DNA of 64,000 nt from Octopus vulgaris (Eukaryota). The position numbers and the translations under genes were made by a program. Within the stretch, counting starts at the first letter, position 1, and each line of letters starts with the position of its first letter. Location: positions 68,014,001 through 68,078,000 of the forward strand of contig OX597817.1 in assembly GCA_951406725.2 (NCBI GenBank), written 5' to 3'. This document shows, in pieces, positions 54,166 through 64,000 of the stretch. A model generated the notes under the pieces. That model did no database searches. It was not told the DNA's origin and saw nothing but the letters and a program-made list of their open reading frames with translations.

Positions 54166-56470
54166 ACTTAAATGTCTGTATGTGGTCGTTCAATCTGTTA
54201 GAAATAGTGACCTAGTCACTTTTAAATCACAACTCAGCGTTTCAAAAACGAACACATTGCATAATATGGCACTACATACACTATGTCTAAAAAGAACAGA
54301 ACATCTTTCATTATACATATGCTAGGTCAAGTTGAAAAATTAATGCCATCGATCTAATTGCTCTAGGAGGGCCAGCGGAGGCTACAGGCGCTGCCCCTTT
54401 CTCCGAGCTTAGCAAGCATAAAAGAAAATCTAAGCTCACAAATGTCACAGTATAACTTTTTGCTGACGTAGACCATCACCTACTTTCTTAGACTTTGTCT
54501 TTTTAAAAAATCTTTTTACCTAACAAATAGCTAATCAATACTTCATCTAAGTCAACCATTTCGAAGTGGTTAATAAAAAATATCGATTTAACAAAAAATA
54601 TTAATCACGCAATCAACCAGTTCTATATAATACGGTATAGAAATACAAAACAGATAATGCACATGATATCAGAATCTTAAATTATATACTGATATGCTTC
54701 GTTAATCTTAGAGTTTTTGAAGTATAAGAAACATATATAGGTTTGTATATTATTATTTTTTCTTTTTTTTGTATAATAACTTTAGAAGATCTTTCATGAA
54801 TATTGCATGAAGCATGTAAGATTTTTTATTTTTGGCTTAATGAAATATCTATTTCACCATCAGACTAAACTGTTATAGCTGCAAGCTAACTATTACCTTT
54901 ATATGTTAATACTTTCCCGATTGATATGACAGCGGCAAATTTCCTCCATTTAATGAGGTAGAAATCACGGAGCTATTACTTATTGCTCAATTTTCGTAAT
55001 ATCTACTTTCATTTCTCTGGTGAATTGTTTAACATATACAAAATAGACGGGGAAACAGGAAAAAAAAAAGGAAAAAAGAAAAAAAGGGGAAAAAAAGGAA
55101 TTGAAAAAAAAAGAAGAAAAAGAAAATAATTTGTCTGTGATTTCTCTAAAAGATCTGCATGAAACAGGAGATATGATGAAAATTAACATTAATTTCTTAT
55201 AGTTCTTTTCTTTTCTACTTTGGTGCTAATAAGAGATAGTAATTGTTGTCTTTTTATGATTGCTTCACGGAAATCGTTTCTATTTTCTACCTCAAACAAA
55301 GAAATCCAACCCTCGCCCTTGTCATCCGCTCCTCAAACGGTTTGTATTTTTCCCTTCTGATTTGCATCTGACAGGAATGGTAAACCAAAACTAGAAAACA
55401 ATAAATGAAAGATAAAACACGTATTCCATTATATATTATTGAGCGGCACAAATTCAGAGAAATAGGTTTATAATATTTTCAATAGATATTGTTTTACATC
55501 TTCAGCAGTCGGACGAAAGGTTTGCTCCAATCGATTGTAGTTAACTCAGCTTTATTGTGGTAATGATTTTTTGGACACTAAAAATATGACATAAGAAATT
55601 GATCAAGGAAATTTGAATACTACAATAGACAGATCGTTTTACAACGATATAGAAGCTTTTTGTCTACACGTTGTTATTGTTGTCGTCTAAACTCCATGTC
55701 ATCTCTGACCGATTTGAGTCTACAAATCACGGACTTTCCAGCCATGATTATCCTGTCTTTTTCTAGGCAAAATGTACCTTGGACTACATTGATCAATGCA
55801 TCATTCCCTTTTAAAAAAGGTGGTTAGTTTTTCTTTGAAGGAAATTTGACTGCTGTTTGTAGCAAGTCAAGGGATGATGTAGTTTTTCTTTAACACAAAG
55901 CCAACTTCACCCAGTAGATGCATAATGAAAGATGTCACGTGTTTTTAGACATAGTGCGTGTAGAACTACATTAGGCAACGTGTTCATTTTTGAGACACTA
56001 AATTGTGCTTTGAAGGTGACTCGGTTGCTATTTCTAGCAGATTGTGTGGCCACATGGAGGAATCACCCAAGTTCTTGAGGTAAGAAACTTTGGTGAAAAT
56101 AAATCATGCAAACTCGTACCTGACCATAGGAGTGTGGTTTCTAATAAAGCATTGAATGTGTAATACAAAGCCAAAGATTACACATACACATACACACACA
56201 GACACACACACGGTTGATTTGAAAGCTCGCTCTCTCTCCCATATATATATATAAATATATATATTGGTAAAAACGGTAAGATAACAACAGAAAGAGACCT
56301 CAATATTATGTAAATAGAGGAAATTTATCTGTAAAATATGTGACAATTATTTTTTCATAGTGTTTTTCATATGGCCAGATAACTGAAGAGATGGTATTGT
56401 GGATTTCCACCTCGGTATCCGAAACTCAGAGTTTTATCTTGGCTATTGAATAATTGTCATATTATTTTAC

Positions 56471-56526
<56 letters not shown>

Positions 56527-57182
56527 GTATACATAGACGCATACACACGCACATATATGAATGTTTGTTATAAGAAAAGCAATTTTACATTTTAAAATTA
56601 ACGTTTACTTCATACCTTTTGATGGAGTACAGATTTATTATTCTTTAACAAGAACAACAATGATATTGACTTCGAAGTTTCGACCAGCTAAGCGATCATG
56701 GGACTGAAAATAATTTAAGTTCATTTTGGCTTCATGTAGTCTCAGTTAAATTAAAATTTTCTAGGTAAGCTGAGTTCTGTTGAATGATAATTAGGCTGTA
56801 TGATAGGTTGTGGTGGTAAGGGAACTTTTATTGATTAAATTTGAGGAAGAACTAATTGTTGGAACTCATTCCTTCACGCTTGTAGAACTTTGTAATTTGG
56901 TGTATATATTTAGGTGTGTCATCTTTAATTCATAAGTGTTCACAAAAGGATGGTGTTAGGTTGATGGTTAGCAGATCTCTCTCGCGGTTTGGGTGTTGGT
57001 TTTATTTAGTTACTAATGGGATATTTACCTTTTGTTTTGAAAAAGTGAAAGTTAACTCTTAGAGTTCTGTCTAGTATTTTAATCTTTGTAAATAGGCGTG
57101 TTTACGTCAGTATGTATATATATATACATGCACACATACATACATACGCATATATATATGTAAGGGAAAAGAGAGAAAGAGT

Positions 57183-57218
<36 letters not shown>

Positions 57219-57647
57219 ACACTCTTTCTCCAAGCAACAGTCATATTATAGATATTCCACTGGGTCAAGGATACGAGGGCTGAGAGGGCATCTATTTCTG
57301 CTAATATAATTAACGAAAGCATAGTATATACTGCCTACCATGTCATCTAAGATGTCAAGTGATGACCGAGAAATATATATATATATATAGCGAGAGAGAT
57401 ATATAAATATATATCTAATGTAGGATAAAATTTTTTCGAAAAAAGATTTTATCAATGGCCAGCATATTAAAAATACCTTTAAAGGTTAAATTATAAACAA
57501 CTTATAAATAAGGGCAACAGAAAAATTTCTAAGGCCAAATATGCCGAAAATTCGACATATTGTCCATTTACCATATAATTTTTTTCCCAGTACGCATGCT
57601 ACTCGAAAAAAGGACGACAGAAATCTCTAAAAAATGTCATTATTACC

Positions 57648-57703
57648 ATATCGGACCGATTTCAGGGTTAGTTCAAAAAGAACCCTCCCTTCGTCAGTGA
57701 TAC
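57648..57703 (-). ncRNA. Hammerhead ribozyme-like motif with intact core
   Basis: Minus strand reads GTATCA-CTGACGA-AGGG..GTTC ttttt GAAC..CCCT-GAAA-TCG-GTC-CGATAT: canonical core, GUC triplet, and stem I with a mismatch next to the core. Confidence 0.55.
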
Positions 57704-57833
57704 ATGTGGCAAAGAAGTAAATGAGATACTTACTCATACCCATGTAATTTTTTCGTTTGCCCTTATTTATAAGTTGTATATACAAATATATATACATACA
57801 TAAATATATATATACATATAAATAAATAGATAT

Positions 57834-57865
<32 letters not shown>

Positions 57866-57868
57866 CTA

Positions 57869-57951
<83 letters not shown>

Positions 57952-58178
57952 CACACACACAAAATTAGGATTCAAGTGAACCAAGTACTTAGATGGTGAG
58001 GTACCGGGTCAGGTCAAAATTGAAATGCATACGCAACAAAGACAAATACATACGCAGGTACCGCAGTACAGATAGAAAGACATTAAGGTTATGTATACGA
58101 TTGATTTACCACAGCTGTTTCCAGCGATTTCGTTGGAAACAGGTGTAGTTAAATGACACATTGTCTATTTGTTGCTAT

Positions 58179-60810
58179 ACTGTCCGCGACCTCATCTCGT
58201 CATCCCGTCTCCCCCGCACCGCATCCAACCTAATTGTGCGAACCCCACGTACCCCCACCATTTACTTCCTCCCCAAAATCCACAAACCCAACAACCCTGG
58301 CCGCCCCATAATCTCCGCCTGTAACTGCCCCACGGAGCTCATCTCTAAATACCTCGACCGTGTCCTTGCCCCCCTAGTGGCATCTCTTCCCTCCCACATC
58401 CACGATACCAACCATGCTCTCCGGCTTTTCAACTCTTTCTCCTTTCCTCCCGGCTCCTCCAAAATCCTTTTTACTATGGACATCCAAAGCCTCTATACTG
58501 TTATCCCTCACCACGAAGGACTGCAGGCCCTTCGACACTTTCTTGACCTCCGCTCTAACCCTGTACCTGACACCTCCACACTCATTCGTCTGGCCGAACT
58601 TGTCCTTACTCTGAACTGCTTCTCGTTCGCGGGCGAGTTCTACCACAGGTCTCGGGAGTGGCCATGGGAACGCGAATGGGCCCCAACTATGCGAACCTGT
58701 TCGTTGGCTATGTTGAGGCCCAAATATTCTCTAATTTCACTGGTCCCACTCCTGAACTATATGGTCGTTACATTGACGACATTATCGGTGCCACCTCACT
58801 CTCCCGTGAACATCTAGATTCCTTCCTCTCTTTCGTCCAATCTTTCCATCCAGCCCTCCACTTCACTTCTACTATCTCCAACACCTCTGTCTCCTTCCTC
58901 GACATTTCGGTTAGCATTCTTCACTCCACTCTTACCACCTCCATTCACTACAAACACACAGACTCACACTCATACCTCAACTTCTCTTCCTCCCACCCAG
59001 AACACACCAAGCTTTCCATCCCCTATTCCCAATTCCTCCGTCTACGTAGGCTCTGTAGTGACGACCATGACTTTGAGACTCAGTCTCAACGTATGGCTAA
59101 CCACTTCACCCTACGTGGATACCCCCTCACCACTATCCACACCGCCCTTGCCAGAGCACGGTCTGTGGACCGTGTATCTGCTCTCTCTCCCCGAACCCGC
59201 CCTGTAGTCTCCCGCCTCCCTTTTCCCCTCACTTATCACCCCACGACCCTACGTCTCCAACGCACCATTCTTCGAGCTTTCCGTCATCTCCAGTCCGACC
59301 CGTCCACTTCACACCTCTTCCCTAACCGACCCCTCCCCTCTTTCAAACGAGCCCACAACCTTCGAGACCTTTTGGTCCATAGCTCCTTCCCTGACCCTAC
59401 CTCCCAACCCGGCTCGTTCCCCTGCTCCCGCCCACGTTGCCGCACTTGCCCTTACCTCTCCAACACCACCCGCCTCACTAGCACCCACCATCGACCCTAT
59501 CCCATCATCCTCTCCTTCACCTGCACCTCCAGCAATATTATCTATTGCGTCTCTTGCTCTCTCTGCAATTCCTTGTACATCGGACAAATGGGACGCCGCT
59601 TGGCTGACCGGTTCGCGGAACACCTTCGTGACATCCACCTTGCGAACGACATACCGGTCTCACGCCATTTCCGCTCCACCGGTCACTCCTTGCAACACCT
59701 ATCTGTGTTCGGTTTGTCCTTACACAGAGGCCATCCGGATTCCCGTTTGCGCCGTGAACAGGAATTAATCTTCTCTCTTCGCTCTTATACGCCATTTGGT
59801 CTCAACTCTCCCCCCTCCTCATCTAACCCCCTCTCCCCCTCCTCACCTATCCTTCCCCCGACCCCTACTTCTTCAGTCCTTCATCCTTTCACCACTACTC
59901 CCCTTCCCTTCTTCCCTCTTTCTCCCTCCCTCCTTCCCTCTTTCTCCCTCCCTCCTTCCCTCTCTTCCCCTTCCCTCTGCTCCCTCCTTCCCTCTTCCCC
60001 TTCCCTCTCTCTCTCCCCTTCTCTCCCCCCTCCCCTCCCCTTCCTTCTCCCCCTCCCCTCCCCTCCCCTCTTCTTCCCCCTTCTTCCCCCTCTTCTCCCC
60101 TCCCCTCTTCTCCTCACTACACCACACGACTTTACACATCACATCATATATGATGTGCCATACTAATACATACACCAACTAATACATACTAATACGTACT
60201 AATACATACTAATACATACTAATACATACACCAACCCTATACATACACACGTCCAGACCCCTCATACGCACTTATACTCTCTCATACACACACACACACA
60301 CTTATACATACTAATACGTACTAATACATACTAATACATACTAATACATACACCAACCCCATACATACGCCTGTCCAGACCTATCCTACGCACTAATACT
60401 CTCTCATACACACACACACACACACACCCTTATACATACTAATACATACTAATACATACACCAACCCTATACATACACACGTCCAGACCCCTCCTACGCA
60501 CTAATAGGTGGTCATTCAACCCTATTATCAACCCTATTATCTCCCCTTATTTCGCTCTCGCGTTTCATGTCTGATCTTTGACTTCTGGCCGAAATCAGAT
60601 CGCCATGTTGATTCGTTAGTTACTGCACGCATTTTTTTTCTCTCCTTCTTTCTGTGTTTTTTTCTCTCTGTGTATCTTTATGTTGAAGAGCGTAGGCTCG
60701 AAACGTTAAAGACTTGTTTTATTTATATTTCCTGAGCGCCATACTAATACAATTGTTTGTTTGTTTTCCACCTGCCTTCGTCTTTTGTCTATTTTCATAA
60801 AGCTTCCCGT
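58179..60810 (+). mobile_element. Young 5'-truncated Neptune-type Penelope-like element (RT + GIY-YIG endonuclease)
   Basis: YFLPKIHK..GRPIIS, MDIQSLYT, AMGTRMGPNYANLF, RYIDD, SFLDI, CSRPRCRTC, IIYCVSCSLCNSLYIGQ..RFAEH. One-base frameshifts at ~58645 and ~59812. The 3' UTR ends at (TA)n. Confidence 0.96.
60160..60506 (+). repeat. ~110-120-bp tandem units built on CATACTAATA 10-mers in the PLE 3' UTR
   Basis: ccaacc..gtccagacc recurs at about 60231, 60352 and 60461; the array is mirrored in the second PLE copy. Confidence 0.85.
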
Positions 60811-61783
60811 TATATATATATATATATTAGTTCAATAATATACAGAAAACAAGCAAGTGAAAGAACAACCAACAGGGTGTATTAGTTTTGAGGCTCAGAA
60901 AAAAATGAAAGGAGTGAAAAAATGGACAGAAAGAAAAAAATGAGTCTGAATTAACAATGAAACATGTTGAATTGACCAGAAAATAAAGTGACTGGCGGTG
61001 TCGGATGCATAGAAGTCAACAGTGACTAGACAAAAAAGCATGATTGCGCACGCATGTGAGCGTGTGAGAGAGAGGAGACAGTGTGTCTGTGTGTGTGTGT
61101 GTGAGGATAAAGAGTGGCTGTATATATGTGTTGTGTGCGTGTGAGCGTGTGTGTATGTATATGTAAGCAAGCACGTATGTGTGTATAAAATTATGTGAGT
61201 GCGTGTACATGCGTATGTATGCACGAACAAGTACGTGTCTGTGTTTGTGTGGGTGTGCAGGCATGTATGTGTAGCATCTAATGTGTGTGTGTTTATATAT
61301 AAATATATATAATAATAATATTATTTTGCACATTACTTCAGTTATTCTACAAAATATACATATATAATATATATAGTGGTATATATATGTATGCATTTAT
61401 GTATGTATGTGTGTATGCGTGTGTGTGTATGTGGATGTGTGTGTGTGTATGTGTATATATATTTTTTACCCCGATATAAAACTGTTGTTTTATATCGTGT
61501 CAATTCATGTAGGCTTTGATAAAAGGTTCGGCAAACAGAGATCGACGAAATAAAGCCAAGAGGGAAAAAGAAGTACATCGTTGGGTGAGTGGTAGGGTGC
61601 GATATGAATGACTAAATTCCATCGAAGCCGTGACATGATGTCGTCGGATTCCAATGATCGAAACCAGTAAAAGAGTTAAAATATATACACCTTGTCAGCT
61701 TTTACTTTCTATACATTGTCAGACGACCTTTCAATGTTACGGAATTTATCTCATTTATCTAAATTTCCATGTAATTTAGTGGT

Positions 61784-61875
<92 letters not shown>

Positions 61876-61877
<2 letters not shown>

Positions 61878-63935
61878 CGGGAAGCTTTATGAAAATAAAC
61901 AAAAGACGAAGGCAGGTGGAAAACAAACGAACAATTGTATTAGTATGGCGCTCAGGAAATATAAATAAAACAAGTCTTTAACGTTTCGAGCCTACGCTCT
62001 TCAACAGAAAGATACAGAGAGAGAGAAAAACACAGAAAGAAGGAGAGAAAAAAAATGCGTGCAGTAGCTAACGAATCAACATGGCGATCTGATTTCGGCC
62101 AGAGGTCAAAGATCAAACATGAGACGCGAGAGCGAAATAAGGGGAGATAATAGGGTTGATAAAAGGGTTGAGGGACCAGCTAGTAGTGCGTAGGAGGGGT
62201 CTGGATGTGTGTATGTATAGGGTTGGTGTATGTATTAGTATGTATAAGGGTGTGTGTGTGTGTATGAGAGAGTATTAGTGCGTAGGATTGGTCTGGACGT
62301 GCGTATGTATGGGGTTGGTGTATGTATTAGTATGTATTAGTATGTATTAGTACGTATTGGTATGTATAAGTGTGTGTGTGTGTGTATGAGAGAGTATAAG
62401 TGCGTATGCGGGGTCTGGACGTGTGTATGTATAGGGTTGGTGTATGTATTAGTATGTACTAGTATGTATTAGTACGTATTAGTATGTATTAGTTGGTGTG
62501 TGTATTAGTATGGCACATCATATGTGATGTGGTGTGTAAAGTCATGTGGTGTAGTGAGGAGAAGAGGGGGAGGGGGAGAAGAGGGGGAGAGAAGGGGAGG
62601 GGAAGAAGAGGGGGAGGAGAGGGGGAAGAGGAGAGGATGGGGGAGGAGGGGGATGAAGGAGGAAAGAGGAAGAGGGAGAGAGAGAAGGGGAGAGAGGGAG
62701 TGAGGGAGCAGAGGGAAGGGGAAGAGGGAGGGAGAAAGAGGGAAGAAGGGAAGGGGAGTAGGGGTGAAAGGATGAAGGACTGAAGAAGTAGGGGTCGGGG
62801 GAAAGGATAGGTGAGGAGGGGGGAGAGGGGGTTAGATGAGGAGGGGGGGAGAGTTGAGACCAAATGGCGTATAAGAGCGAAGAGGGAAGATTAATTCCTG
62901 TTCACGGCGCAAACGGGAATCCGGATGGCCTCTGTGTAAGGACAAACCGAACACAGATAGGTGTTGCAAGGAGTGACCGGTGGAGCGGAAATGGCGTGAG
63001 ACCGGTGTGTCGTTCGCAAGGTGGATGTCACGAAGGTGTTCCGCGAACCGGTCAGCCAAGCGGCGTCCCGTTTGTCCGATGTACAAGGAATTGCAGAGAG
63101 AGCAAGAGATGCAATAGATAATATTGCTGGAGGTGCAGGTGAAGGAGTGGATGATGGGATAGGGTCGATGGTGGGTGCTAGTGAGGCGGGTGGTGTTGGA
63201 GAGGTAAGGGCAAGTGCGGCAACGTGGGCGGGAGCAGGGGAACGAGCCGGGTTGGGAGGTAGGGTCAGGGAAGGAGCTATGGACCAAAAGGTCTCGAAGG
63301 TTGTGGGCTCGTTTGAAAGAGGGGAGGGGTCGGTTAGGGAAGAGGTGTGAAGTGGACGGGTCGGACTGGAGATGACGGAAAGCTCGAAGAATGGTGCGTT
63401 GGAGACGTAGGGTCGTGGGGTGATAAGTGAGGGGAAAGGGAGGCGGGAGACTACAGGGCGGGTTCGGGGAGAGAGAGCAGATACACGGTCCACGGACCGT
63501 GCTCTGGCAAGGGCGGTGTGGATAGTGGTGAGGGGGTATCCACGTAGGGTGAAGTGGTGAGCCATACGTTGAGACTGAGTCTCAAAGTCATGGTCGTCAC
63601 TACAGAGCCTACGTAGACGGAGGAATTGGGAATAGGGGATGGAAAGCTTGGTGTGTTCTGGGTGGGAGGAAGAGAAGTTGAGGTATGAGTGTGAGTCTGT
63701 GTGTTTGTAGTGAATGGAGGTGGTAAGAGTGGAGTGAAGAATGCTAACCGAAATGTCGAGGAAGGAGACAGAGGTGTTGGAGATAGTGGAAGTGAAGTGG
63801 AGGGCTGGATGGAAAGATTGGACGAAAGAGAGGAAGGAATCTAGATGTTCGCGGGAGAGTGAGGTGGCACCGATAATGTCGTCAATGTAACGACCATATA
63901 GTTCAGGAGTGGGACCAGTGAAATTAGAGAATATT
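61876..63935 (-). mobile_element. Second, more truncated copy of the same Neptune-type PLE, inverted
   Basis: Reverse complement of 58723-60810 with few substitutions, including GIY-YIG ORF 62832-63287. Bounded by (TA)n and, a few bases away, (TATG)n. Confidence 0.96.
61975..62012 (-). ncRNA. Minimal hammerhead-like motif of the PLE 3' UTR (paralog at 60675-60712, + strand)
   Basis: TCTTT-CTGTTGA-AGAGC-GTAG-GCTC-GAAA-C-GTT-AAAGA: stems I and II pair, but the core has an A6U change. Confidence 0.5.
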
Positions 63936-63937
63936 AT

Positions 63938-64000
63938 TATGTATGTATGTATGTATGTATGTATGTATGTATGTATGTATGTATGTATGTATGTATGTAT
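63938..64000. repeat. (TATG)n microsatellite
   Basis: Directly visible. Confidence 0.97.

Noticed and set aside
56560-57100. Possible minus-strand PLE relic
   Set aside because: Only faint motif similarity; it could not be supported by eye.
59812-60166. Pro/Leu/Ser-rich C-terminal extension of the PLE protein
   Set aside because: It results from a 1-nt deletion; the second copy stops right after the GIY-YIG domain.
60160-60506. CRISPR-like array
   Set aside because: The units are full tandem repeats without unique spacers, there are no cas genes, and the context is eukaryotic.

Overview
Eukaryotic, AT-rich, microsatellite-saturated intergenic or intronic DNA with no confidently identifiable host gene. 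The SINE families and (TA)n/(CA)n load look like an octopus (coleoid cephalopod) genome; this is inference. Most ORFs in the track are translations of simple repeats. The real coding remnants all come from transposons: a deleted Gypsy LTR element, mariner, Tigger/pogo and hAT DNA transposons, CR1, RTE, Tx1/L1 and R4-like LINEs, and several Penelope-like elements (PLEs, RT + GIY-YIG). Four observations stand out. (1) At least seven minimal hammerhead-ribozyme-like motifs (CUGANGA..GAAA..NUH) occur in PLE 3' ends or PLE-like relics, including a 233-bp element made of two inverted hammerhead arms. (2) Two young Neptune-type PLE copies lie tail-to-tail as a ~2-kb inverted repeat. (3) A 54-nt in-frame insertion in a CR1 reverse transcriptase is copied exactly from a SINE 1.36 kb away. 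(4) PLE, Tx1 and R4 3' ends consistently abut microsatellites. All calls were made by eye; boundaries are approximate unless TIRs or TSDs are quoted.
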